Source of the DNA: Jimgerdemannia flammicorona
Lineage: Eukaryota
Direction of reading: 5' to 3'
NCBI GenBank assembly: GCA_003990765.1
Contig: RBNJ01000049.1
Span: 1-46,961 of the forward strand
Length of the DNA: 46,961 nt
Below the pieces are notes generated by a model. That model did not search any database, was not told where the DNA came from, and saw only the letters and a program-made list of their open reading frames with translations. A program made the position numbers and the translations under genes. Shown here in pieces: positions 8,101 through 20,249 of the stretch (position 1 is the first letter of the stretch; each line of letters begins with the position of its first letter).

Positions 8101-10887
8101 TATCTATAAGGAACCATCCTCCAACAAAGAAGAATTCAATTGCCAATGTCTAAGCCCATCCTCACTTCCCCCAAATCTCCCACTTTCTATCAGACCCCAG
8201 TGATCTGACTATGGGCACCAAACCACCTCCAGCATGTTCCAGACATTCACTCTTCAGTACTCTACCATCAATACCCAGTCAATCCTGAAGCCCATCCCTG
8301 TCACCCAGTGAGTATAAATTCGGTGATTCTCCCAAAACTGTCACCCTGAGTCAACCAAGGAGCTCAACCTCTCAATCTCCATCCAATCATCCAACCTGCC
8401 ACTTCTGCCTTCCTTTCCTCTCCTTCTATCAGTTCTGTCTACTCCATTATCACATACTATATTGAAATCACCCCTCAGGCAATCAATCCCTACCTCACCC
8501 ATAATACCAGCCTCTCTCAAGCCTCTGATCCAATCTACACATTCCCCACTCTCAGCTGGGCAATAACATGACTCAACAGTCAAAGGGTTCCACCCAGGCC
8601 TCCTCTATACTCCCTACACCAACCTACTCTCCCAATGTCCAATATCCCCAATATCCCCCACCCCCTTTCAAACCAGAATGCCCACCTGCCCAGTTCACAC
8701 AGCTGCTCTGCTCCATTCTCTAGTTTAGTTCTGTAAATACCTATCTACCTTATACCATATATCCTGTAGTAAGAAGAGATCTGCATCCAGCCCCTTCAAC
8801 CAGCCAAAGATATTCCTTCACCACACTATGTCCCTCAACCCTGTCTCATTCAAAGAAAAGATTCTAGTTGTACTGTTTATATTGAATAATGTTTGATATT
8901 GAGAACCCATCATAGTACTCCATGCTCATCTCATCACCAGCCAGCTCTAAGTGCCACTCTGCCTCCAACTCCTTCTCCACTACAGCCTGAGAATCCAGTG
9001 CTTCCAAGATTTCCTAACACTCCACTGCATCCACCACCTCTATTTCTGCCTGATAATCTGTGCATATCAATCTCCACTTCTCCAACCTCTTCCTTGATCC
9101 CCACAAGTATGCTGCCTGATCACTCACAATCTCTCAAAGGGTCTCCTCCCTCTGATCATCAACCTGAAACTCCTCCAACTCCAAGAGCACTGTTAGGATC
9201 TCATTCCTAATCTTTTTTGACACCTCCTCACCATGGAGAATTTCCTCCTGGTGTCTATTACTTAGAACCTGAAAGTCCTCTCTCTCCAGCTCCTCAGCCA
9301 CCACACTCTCCAGAGTCTTCCACAGTCACTTCTCTTCATCTACTGCCTTAGCAACACTCTGGGTAACCCTTTCAGCCACCACCACAGAGTCCACCAAAGT
9401 GCTCCTCCTCTCCAACTCATCCCACTCCTCTTCCAACATATCCAGGAGTTCCTCCTCACCCTTTGCCCCACCCAGGACATCATACTAAGGGTGTACTCTC
9501 TCTCCCATTTCAGCATCCTCCTCTATACCACCCCATCCCTCCTGTGCTCAATCCACCTTGTGCCATACCCTGACCCAGCCTACTCTCTCCAGGCCAGGCA
9601 ATCTCTCTCAATCCAGTACCATCTTCATCTACCCCACTACCTACCACACTCCCTCCCAATTACTCCAATAGCTCCTTCTGGATTCGCCTCCCCTGCACCT
9701 TCTTCCAGGCCACCTTGTCCATCCTAATCCTCTTTCCATCCACAATCTCCACCACTGTCTTGGCTTCATACTCCTTCCAAGACAATCTTCTCCTCTCTAC
9801 TGCTTCTGCCAGATCCTTGAGAGCCTCCAGCAAGTCCTCTTCTTCCTCTGGTGTCCTTTCACCTGCAAGACCTTGCATTCAACCAGGCCCCACTTAAGAG
9901 TTGCCAGCCAGTTCCTTGTCTTCTCTGTATTCTCTCTTCCAGCCAGCCTCACCCTGACATCAATGTCTCCTGTCCAGAGTTTAGTACCCTCCCAGACTCT
10001 GAACCCAATGTCCACAATATCCCCATACTCCTTGACCACCTCCACAATCAGCTCTCTGGTCCTCTCCCTTGACACCATAGAAAGATCCAATACCATCAAC
10101 TGCACCACTCAGGGGTCCCAGTATATATATCTGGCCATAGGAACTACCACTCTGCCCACTATCACCCCCTTCTCCATGGCTTCCAACATCAATGCCTCTT
10201 CCTCAAATCCAACCTTGACTCCTTCTTTCCCCTTCAAGAACTTCACTGAAGCCACCCCCTTCACCTTCTATATCACCAGCCCCAGAATCATTCTCACTAT
10301 CACTGCCAAGCCTTGGAAGCACAATGTGATAGTGAATTCTGATCTTGACTTTGTAAGTAATGGTGCTGACACCATTCCAGTCATGCCATCTGCCAGGTCC
10401 CTGGGCCTCATGCCCTCCTCCTATTCTGATTTGCCCACAACTGTCACACCTGGATTTTTTTCCAGATTCTCAGTCACAGCTCTATCAGCAGTCACATCTC
10501 CAGCCCCTGCTCCCCCCCTCTCCCTACTGCCTGGACCTCCCGCCCCTCTCTGTCCCCCAACTGAAGCCATCAACACCTTCCCCAGTCCCAACCAACTATA
10601 CAGACCAGATGCTATTCTCTCCATCTTGACCTTATTACCTCCTCCCTCCTTGTTGCCTCAATCTGCCCTTCCATCTATCACCAATACCACAATCAGTCAT
10701 AGAAGGCTCTGGCATCCCCAAACCATCTCCCCACCTCCTCCCTATATGCTGCCAGTTGATGGCACTGCTGCCTCCCTGGCTGACATGCTCACCAGTATAT
10801 TCATTGCTGCCCATGTTGCTAGTCTCCTTTTTGCAAAAAGTGTTGTCTGAGTCTTGTGTCACCTGAATGTTACCAGTGAAAGGTATG
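5134..10887 (-). mobile_element. L1/Tx1-like LINE copy A, near full length, decayed
   Basis: Poly(T) at 5134-5159 with the same 3' end as copy D (AATAAATA...GTAACTAT-An). RT motifs FLDQEK, GVLQGDPLS, FVDN, SGAKLN; endonuclease GDFN; ORF1 LWTGDIDVRVRL; 5' end shared with copies B and C. Confidence 0.92.
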
Positions 10888-10889
10888 TG

Positions 10890-11300
10890 TTAGTGATTGA
10901 TTCCAGGCTGACTACTATATTATCTACAAAGGTACCAACTTTCCACCCAATGACATATACTGAAAGCCCTCCTATCTGGTGCTGAATCCTATCCATCAAA
11001 GGCTCCAAGGAGAGTACATACAGAATGGGGGACAGTGGGTCCCTCCAAGGGACACCCCTACCCAGAGGGAAGGCCACCCCTCTATACCCATTATATATAA
11101 TTGCAGCTCTGCTTTCTTCTAGTAGACTGACCATTACCACTCAAAACTGTTGAGAGATACCAATCCAATCCAGAACCTTGCCATTCAGACTCTCTGAACA
11201 AGGTCATCCACCTTCTCCTGATTCAAGAAGACCAGGCACCCATCTAGTCCACAGGCTCATGCCCCTTCAATAATATTATATACCCAAGCCATAATACCCA
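10890..11300 (-). mobile_element. LINE RT fragment (most similar to the D/E subfamily)
   Basis: FPLGRGVPWRDPLSPILYVLSLEPL...FVDNIVV; nucleotide sequence close to 40210-40600. Confidence 0.85.
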
Positions 11301-11304
11301 TCTA

Positions 11305-12535
11305 TCCTATATAAGTACAGTGAACCCACCCCCTACCCTATCCCCCTATGGGGGCCCCTCCCCCCTACCCCTTCTTGACGAAACACCACTCTATTGAATA
11401 CAATTCCCACCCTCCCACCACTCTGATCACATATCTTTGTCACCAAACCTCATTGTCACCCCCCTGAAGGACCCCAACCTATCCACCATCCAGTCATCAG
11501 ATCTCCCAGCAGCTCCTCCCACCTTAAGACCTTCTCCTGCATACTCACCCACTCCCCCTCCTCAAATACAAATAACCAATGTCCTGCCAATCCCACCCAA
11601 ATTGCTATCACCCACCCAACAGTGAGCCAACTATCCCCCACCCCCCCCACTAGCCAAGACCTCAAGTCCTCTCTGCTATCTGGTCCTCTCCTTTGACACC
11701 ATAGGGAGATCCAACACTGTCAACTGCACCACTCGGGGGTCCCAGCGCATGCACCTGGCCATAGGGATGACAACCCCACCAACTGTCACCCCCTTCTCCA
11801 AGGCCACCAGTAAAGTGTCTTCCTTCTCGAACCCCACCTCAACCCCTTCCTTCCCCTTCAAAAACTTCACCAATGCTGCTCCCTTTGCCTCCTGCACCAC
11901 CAGCCCCAAAATCATCCTTGCCATCACTGCCAAGCCCCAGAAACACATCATGACTGCGAATTCCGACCTCGACTTCTTGAGTAACAGGGCCGACACCATG
12001 CCCATAACCCCATCTGCCAGGTCCCCAGGCCTCGTGCCCACTCCCCATCCTGAATTATCAACTGCCATCACATCTGGATTTTTTGCCAGATCCTCAGTCA
12101 CAGCCCCATCACTAGTCACATCTCCAGCCCCTACTCTGGCTCCTCCCCCACCCTCAGCAACTCCCCTGGGTACACCTCCCAGACCCCCAGCAGCAGCTAT
12201 CGACACCTTCCCCAGGCCCAGCCAACCATCCAGACCTGAGGCCATCTTCCCCATTCTGACCTTGTTAGCAAAGGTCAACCTCTCTCCTCCTCTCTGCCTC
12301 AGACCACCCCTCCATCCACCACCAGGACCTCAGCTAACCATCGAGGCCCCCAGTATCCCCAAACCATCTCTCCTCCTTCCCACCTGCTGCCAGCCAAAGG
12401 TGCTGTCTCCCCCCTGGCCAGCACACTCACCAGTTCGATCGTTGCCATCCATGTCAATAGTCATTGGACACCAAAATGTAGTAAAAAGTATTGCCTGAGT
12501 CTTGTGTCACCCGAATGGTACTGGTGAAAGATGAT
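11305..12535 (-). mobile_element. LINE copy B, internally deleted (5' end and first third of ORF1 fused to the 3' terminus)
   Basis: 12535-11676 aligns with the 5' ends of copies A and C; 11675-11305 aligns with the ORF2 C-terminus (WVIAIWVGLAGHWLFVFEEG). Confidence 0.8.
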
Positions 12536-12539
12536 GCCA

Positions 12540-14950
12540 AGACCCTGGCCTCTTTCAACCCATGAATCCAATCCACCCACTCCCCTCTCACAGCTGGGCA
12601 GTAACATGACTCAACCATCAACAGGCTCTATCCAGACCTCTTCCACACTCCCTACACCAACCGAGACCCTCAAGGTCCAATGTCCCCAATGTCCCTCATT
12701 CCTTTTTGAATGAGGATACCTACTCTCCCCATCCATACCACAGCCCCCCCCCATTCCTTAGTTCAATCCTGTAAGTCCACATCTACCTCATAACAGACAT
12801 TCTGCAGCAAGAAGAGATCTGCATCCAGTTCCCTTAGCCATCTGAATATGTACTTCCTCCTAGCTACCCCCCATAACCCATTTATGTTCAAAGAGAATAT
12901 TCTAGTTATACTGTTTATTTTGAAGAAATGTTTGAATTCAAGATCCCAGCCTAGTATTCCATACTCATCTTATCCCAACTCAGATCCAAGCACTGCTCTG
13001 CTTCCAATTCACCCTCTGCAACAGTCTGAGCATCCAATGCCTCCAATATTTCCTGACATTCCACCCCATCCACCACCTTCATCTCTGTCTGGTAGTCCAT
13101 GCAGACTGCTCTCCACTTCTCCAAACCCTTTCTTGAGTTCCACAGATATGCTGCCCAGTCATTCGCAATCCCCCTAAGTTCCTCTCCCACAGATCATCAA
13201 CTTGGTATTCAACTGATTCCAAGAGAACTGCCAGGATCTCATTCCTTACCTTCCTCAGTACCCCCTCTCTCCCATAGGATTTCCACCCAATGCCTCTCTT
13301 CTATAACCTGGAAGTCCTCTCCCCACAGCTCCTCTGCAGCCACCCCTTCCAGCATCTTCCACAGCCACTTCTCCTCATCCACCACCTCTGCCATACTCTG
13401 GGTAATCTGATCACCCCCCACCTCTGGGTCCACCAGAGCACTCCTCCTCACTGACTCATCCCACTCCTCATCCAGCATGTCCAGCAACTCCTCCTCCCCC
13501 CCAGCTCCACCCAGGACACTGTACTGAGGGTGTACTCCTTCACTCATTTCTGCATCTGCCTCCACACTGCCTTCCCTCTCCTCTCCCAATCCAACCTGCA
13601 CCCCACCTTGGGCCATTTCGCTTCCCCCTGCCCAGGCACTCTCTTGCAATCCCACTTGCCCATCCCCCATATTGCTGCCTGCCCCACCACTGCCCAGCCT
13701 TGCCAGCAGCTCCTTCTGGATTTTCCTCCCCTGCATCTTCTCCCAGGACACCCAATCCATCCTGACCCTCTTCTCATCCATGACTTCCACCACTATCCTG
13801 GTCTCATACTCCTTCCAAGCCAATCTCCTCCTCTCAACCACTCCTTCCAGATCTTCCAGAGCCTCAAGCAAGTCTTCCTTCTCCTCTAGAGTCCCCTTCA
13901 CCCTCGTGACCTTGCACTCCACTGGTCCCCACTTTAGAGTCGCCAGCCAGTCCCTCAAATTCCCCATGTTCTCCTTTCCAGCCAGCCTCACCCTGACATC
14001 AATGTCACCAGTCCAGAGCTTGGTACCCTCCCAGACCTTGAACCTGACATCTACAATCTCCCTATACTCCTTGACTGCCTCCACAATCAACTCCCTAGCC
14101 CTCTCCTTTGACACCATAGAAAGATCCAACACTGTCACTGTATCACTCAGGGGTCCCAGTATATGCATCTGGCCATAGGGACCACAACTCTGCCCACTGT
14201 CACCCCCTTCTCCATGGCAGCCAGCAATGTCTCTTCTTCCTTGAACCCTACCTCAATTCCTTCTTTTCCCTTCAAAAACTTTACCAATGCCACTCCTTTC
14301 GCCTCCTGCATCACCAGCCCCAAGAGCATCCTCATAGTTATCACCAAGCCTCTGAAATACATTGTGACAGTAAATTCCAACCTCGATTTCTTGAGCAATG
14401 GTGCCAACACTATACCTGTCACCCTATCTGCTAGGTTCCTGGGTCTTATACCCACCCCTTATCCTGAATTAGCAGCTGCTGTCACATCTGGATTTTTATC
14501 CAGATCCCCAGTTACAGTCCCATCAACAGTCATATCTCCAGCCCCTACTCCTCCTCCTCCCCTACCACCAGATACTCTCCTGGGCACTCCTCCTAGTCCC
14601 CCAGCAGCAGCCATCGATGCTTTCCCCAGGCCCAGCCAACCATCAAGGCCAAAGGCCATTTTCCCCATCTTGACCTTGTCAGCAAAGGTCAACCTCTCCC
14701 CTCCTCACTGCCTCAGGCTGCCCCTCTCTCCTCCACCAGAGCCTCAGCCAGCCATTGATGCCCCTGGCATCTCCAAACCATCTCCCCTCCTCCCTACCTG
14801 CTGTCAGCCAAAGGCATCACCTCTCCTCTGGCCAGTACACCCACCAGTTCAATTGTTGCCATCTATATTGATAGTCATCTATCACCAAAAATATTGTAGA
14901 AAGTATTGTTGGAGTCTTGTGTCACCTGAATGTTACTGGTGAAAGGTGTG
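12540..14950 (-). mobile_element. LINE copy C, 5' part (ORF1 plus start of endonuclease), 3'-truncated
   Basis: 5' end CACACCTTTCACCAGTAACATTCAGGTGACAC at 14950; ORF1 segments at 14692-13239; endonuclease start IFSLNING...ADLFLLQ near 12900-12790. Confidence 0.88.
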
Positions 14951-15064
14951 ACATCTTTCTATCTTTAAGAATGATATTTTATTATATTTCATTTATTCAC
15001 TAGTTCTTCTTCTATATTTGTATTTTCCTACCATCAGAATTTATCTATATTTTTTATTTTCACT

Positions 15065-15706
15065 CTCTTAGAAGGTATTAATTTGTAGCCAAATATGGCT
15101 ACATTTTTATTATTTATATAATTTGGTTATTATTAGGTTTGTATATATTTTAATAATAATAATTAAATTTTAAAGATATATATTTAATATTTTATTTAAA
15201 GCAAATTATATCTTTTAAACTAAAATTAAATTAAAATAATTGTAAATTTAATATCAATTCATAATATATGTATAACTTATTTAAAATATTTTAAAATATA
15301 ACTTATAATTTTTAATTTATTAAATTTAAATTTATCTGCTATTTTACTAAACATTTTAAAGCTTTCAACTTACAGCCTTTAACTTTATGATATGTAAAAT
15401 ATAATATGTAACATATAACAATATTTAAAGTGTGATTGATTTGTGATATAGCTTATAACATTATAATAAATATTATTGATGATTTACAATAAATAAACAA
15501 TAATTTATAACTATAATTTGTAAATTTAAATTAAATAAAATTTATTAATATTTATATGTAAAATGTGATAAATAAGTTAATTCTAAGTTAAAATTTTAAA
15601 CTAATAACTATATTATTAATTTCATAAATTAAATAATATATAAAGTATATAATATTATAACTTAAATATTTTTGCAGCCAAATTTGGCTGCAATAACATC
15701 TAAGGG
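15065..15706. mobile_element. MITE-like element with imperfect terminal inverted repeats and subterminal 20-bp palindromes
   Basis: Left end CTCTTAGA...TGTAGCCAAATATGGCTACA (15084-15103); right end TGCAGCCAAATTTGGCTGCA (15673-15692)...TCTAAGGG; extremely AT-rich non-coding interior. Confidence 0.6.
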
Positions 15707-16690
15707 ATAGTTTCTTATACTTTAAGTATGGGTAAATAGTATTTTTTAGTATATTCATAGTTTTTCTTTTGCAGTTATTACCTAATTATATTATATTCCT
15801 ATTTATATACAAATATTACATTCTTGTATATTATCTCATTAAGTAAGAGTATTGAAATTATCACTATTACATCTTGATAATATATATTATATATAATATA
15901 TCATCTTTTGAGTTATGTTACTTAATATGTAAATATATAAGTCTTTAATAAAAACAAGACTGCTCTTTTCTCCTCTACTATATATTCCCAACTAATATAT
16001 AATATATATAATATAAAATAGAAATATTATATAAATTCTAATAGAAGATATTTTGAATATATAGTATTATCTATCAATAGAAATCTGATAATCTATTAAA
16101 ACTATAGCTCCTCTATTGTCTTTTTCTAAGAGTAGAAGTTCTCACTATTTACTTTGATAACTCAAGAAAATGCCTCATAATCTTGCTGTTATCTAGATGA
16201 TAATATACAACTCAATCTTCAACTAATTCTGTTTTAATTTATTTGATACTCCAGCAGATGTCCAGTTGGGAATATAGTGCTAAGTATATTATAAAAAGAG
16301 GTCACATAGTACTAAGATATCTCTTGAAATCTGTTGAAGGATTCTATGACGATTTTAAAGAGATGTAAGCATACTAAGGTAAAGTTTCCAAAGCTCTACT
16401 GTCATTAACAAGAAGGGTGAGACTACTTCCAATCTATTAGTTACCAACTTCCAAAATCGAACATCATCTAAAAGACTGATAGAAACCCAAAACCAATAGC
16501 ATACTGTCTCCAGTAATAACAGCTCAGCTAGGACACTATATCTTTGTAAACACTATTCTCCTTTCTTTTATCAAGTATGGTAAATTCCTCTATTAAATGT
16601 CTTTTCTCAACAGGGTTGACCTAGAACATTCCTGTCCCTTCTGTTGCTCATGCCAGGGAGATAATATTTGCCTTCTCTAGTAAATGTGAT

Positions 16691-16692
<2 letters not shown>

Positions 16693-16738
<46 letters not shown>
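16693..16738. repeat. Poly(T) tract at the left border of the CpG-rich island
   Basis: 46 consecutive T. Confidence 0.9.
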
Positions 16739-16740
<2 letters not shown>

Positions 16741-18566
16741 ATGTTTCCGTAACCATTGGTTATGTGATAACTATTGTTCGCCCACCACAAAGTTACGGCT
16801 TCACATCCTGGGCATTGTCTTTCGGTGGTTCTACGGCTCGTCAAAAGATTCGTAGAATTTTCCAAAATCCGATATCCAACAACCGTGCCCCGATTTTTAT
16901 AATCTGCATACGACATAGGATATGTTAATTTATCGTCAAAAGTTCCCTCGATGTAATTCAGGAGAAATTATCGTGCATCCTTTCAGATACGCTCAAAATT
17001 TTATGTGAAGGTCTACTGATACAGTATTCTCGTTGCGCCGTGTCCGCGACAGTTTTGGCTGGACACAGTTTGACCCAGCCACGACAGGCTGCTCATTTGA
17101 TGGCAAGGTTTCAATGACGGGTTAGGCAAGTCATTAGACGGCAATGTGATTGGTGGGCCTTATTAACAACCTGCCGAATATATCAGCTAGCGACGCACAG
17201 TTGCGCCCCAGCGTCACGTTCGTTGGCCAGTTGGGTTGGTCAAATGACGAGGGGCCCGTCATTCATTCGCCCTAGAGCTTTTAGACGACCCCAAATAGGC
17301 GTACGTAACGCAATTGTTTTTTATTATTATTTTTTTATTGCTATCTTTACTACTACACTCCACTCACGTCTTCTACGCTTCTTCTACGCTTCTCCAACGC
17401 GCTCTCCAACGCGCTCTTCATACCACCGCCTCCCAATTACCCAACGACACTACTCCGCAAAACGGGCTTTTGGCCTGTGTTCGATCCTGATCTATCCGAA
17501 TTTACCGTGTACCGCCTGACTGGACAAGCTCACGCGCCTCTCTTTATGGACGTACAATGGCAGACCCATCCCACACTTCGACGGCTGAAAGCAGCGAACG
17601 AAGACACGTCCCACGCTACTTCGGCACCGTATCTGTCGCGCATGACGTTGGTCCAGCAGGGCAGCCACGGCGGTGGGGACCGGTTGTTCCTTTGCCACCA
17701 GTCCTTAGTTTCCAGAGTTCGTTGTCATGGGTGGTGCGTCACGAACGTGCGCTTAGCGGCCAGAGCCATTCGTGGCCTTTTGATTTTTACCTAGTATTTC
17801 TTTTCTGGTGACATGTCGAACACGCCACTCTCACACCCTCGACTACGCAACTCAAGCCAACAAAGTATCCGCCCATTGGTCACCGCCCAGTTTGTCGCGT
17901 GAAAGCCTTTGCTTCGTAAGGCGCTGCCATCTAACCCCCAAACCGCTTTCACCCCACCTGTAATGAGCATACCACGCCAAAATTCAAACGCCAATTGCCA
18001 ATTCGGTGGCACTCCAGTAACCTTCCTCGTTTGCTGCTCATGTGAGTTTAGCCTCTACTTTTCATCATCTCCCTTTTTGCTCCATGCGCCCTGGCGAGCA
18101 GCAGACTCGCGCACAATGTATACATGTCTAAGCAGACGATTCACATTCAACTCGCCGGACATTCAGTATCAGCAGAAGACGACATCACCATCGGTAGCTA
18201 AGGTACGTACTGGATAACGGTGTGAAGGTGTGGAGGTCCCGACTGGTATGCCGTAGACTGAAAACATCGGTGATGGAGGCAGGAATATATGTTTCCTTGG
18301 GAATTAAGCTGAAAACGTGGCATGATCGACAATTGAGCAGTGCCTTAATTGGCTGTAATATTAATTTCCGTACTTCATATCCATAAACAGCCGCCACATA
18401 AACAGGCGACGCTGATGGTTTCCGTGTATCTCGGGAAAAATTGGCGGCAAGTAAGGAGGCGGTGGGTTGTTTATGGCGTGGTATCTTTTACACGGGTGAA
18501 AAAAAAACAAAAAAAAAAAATACAAAAAAAAAAAAAACTAAAAAAAAAAAAAAAAAAAAAAAAACC

Positions 18567-18613
<47 letters not shown>

Positions 18614-20170
18614 AGAGGTTCGACGTAACGTTACTGTGTATACAGGTTTCATCTCTGGTAATCTAATTCGGTCCGTTGACAACATACTTTTAAATTATCT
18701 CCAGCGTTCAAGCTTTCCATTGGCGTTTGTTATTTTCGTCATGACGTAAATAAATGTGATAACGATCCTCGATTTTTCAAACGAATACGACAAAAAATGA
18801 GTGGTAAATCGAGGAGGTCTAACACTACTGAAAATTTTAGGTTTGATTATATTATAAAATTGTGGATATCGATCCTGACGTGTGATTATCATCTGTTTTA
18901 TTTTTATTTATTTTTTTATTTTTATTTTTTATTTTTATTTTTATCAATACAATAACAGACTCCTTCCGCTACCCACATCACGACGCCTCCCAAGTTGGCA
19001 CGTCTTCAAATGCTTACGTGTACCCAAGCAGGTAAGCGCAACCACAAGCTCAAACCGCAATCTTGAAGGGCTAGGAGAATATTGTTGAAGTGACGCGTTA
19101 GGTATATGAATGGGGGAAAGAATGTATTATTAAAAAAAATAAGGGCGGGTATCTTGGAGACGCGGGAGGGAAGACAATTCTATAGCGGCATCCAATAGGA
19201 GACGGAAAAAAAAAAAAAAAAAAAAAAAGGGCGATTTTATAACGGGTATTCAAAAGGAGACAGGAGAAGAAAAATCTGTGACGGTATATATTCATTTCTT
19301 TATATAACTTCGTCTCTTATAATTAAGCAAACGCTCCAAACGGACAAGCACAATTTTAAAGACACGACATAGGCTTGCACGACCGGGTCGGCATAAACTC
19401 TGACCGTGAAAGATCGGCAACCTCAGGTGCACGTAAAATCATGAAGATGAAATATACGAGCAGTTTCGGGAGGCCAGCAGTTCGAAATATTAAAATGCAT
19501 TATTCCACAAGACATGAATTTGAGACAATTATGTATCGTAAGAGCCTCCAAACCAATTTCCGAAACAATATGGTACATGCAATGCATCTTATTGGCAAAC
19601 CTAGTGTGTGTGTTGAAAAGGAGGACGAAAGACAAATGGGTGATAACAAAAGGCAACCGTACAATAGTGTTCTACAAGCGGAGCATAACTCGACCGACGC
19701 CACAATAGCTAAGCGCAAGTCTGAGGGACCGGAAGCAGGGTGGCGAACCTGCACATGTTTTCATTGCAAATTATTGTTCTTCCAGAGCATTCTAAATTCG
19801 CGCATTCCAGGTGCATTTTAGACCCACTACGTTCTGAATACGTGCATTCTGAGAGCAAATTTATCCTGCTGCGGTTTACTTCTACACATTCTAGGAGTAC
19901 GCTATCCTGTTCTATTTGTTGCCATCCCTCCTGCCCGTCGCGCTCGTCACCGTCATGGCTTGGTCAAGTTATGCCGTCACGGTCCAAGTTTGAATCCGAT
20001 GTATAACAAAATCGTGAGCATTGCGATATTGAGAAACGTACTACAATCGGGCATTCCGCATCTCGAGGATGCAAAGGAAAGTTTAGGGTCGGCATCGTGG
20101 AAAATGCACCATGACAGAAAATTGCAATCAAAAACGCAAACTCTTTGACTTTGTGAAGCTCTCACCATGC
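16739..20170. other. CpG-retaining non-repetitive island; possible spliced + strand transcription unit, product unrecognised
   Basis: CG dinucleotides are frequent here and rare in the flanks. Donor-like GTGCGT 17734, GTGAGT 18042, GTACGT 18203, GTAAGC 19032; acceptor-like AG at 17794, 18135, 18958; ACAATGG start context at 17557. Confidence 0.4.
18499..18611. repeat. Long interrupted poly(A) tract
   Basis: About 113 nt of A with a few C/T interruptions; no TSD found. Confidence 0.85.
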
Positions 20171-20249
20171 CTTTTTATAATAAAATAAGAGTAAACAGAT
20201 CAAGTTTATTTTGGCAAAAGAGAAGTTATATATAAATTTATTTATTCAT

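Noticed and set aside
5120-10897. TSD for LINE A (GTTAGAG versus GTTAGTG)
   Set aside because: Short and imperfect; the left flank is gypsy and the right flank is LINE RT, so they are not one target site.
9873-14942. Long + strand ORFs 9873-10850, 11749-12498 and 14163-14942
   Set aside because: Antisense mirror frames of G-rich LINE ORF1, in which TTA/CTA/TCA codons are rare; Ser/Pro/Thr-rich products with no motif.
3236-18749. Poly-Phe and poly-Lys ORFs (3236-3862, 16668-16928, 16677-16916, 18349-18666, 18441-18749)
   Set aside because: Translations of homopolymer tracts or antisense of CCDC25.
16681-18760. TAAATGTGAT at 16681 and 18751 as the TSD of a 2-kb retroinsertion
   Set aside because: Only 10 AT-rich bases, not flush with the tail, and the two outer flanks differ sharply in CpG content, so they were not one contiguous target.
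19375-19821. 148-aa ORF in the island
   Set aside because: Non-ATG start in the track, no recognisable domain, no supporting signals.
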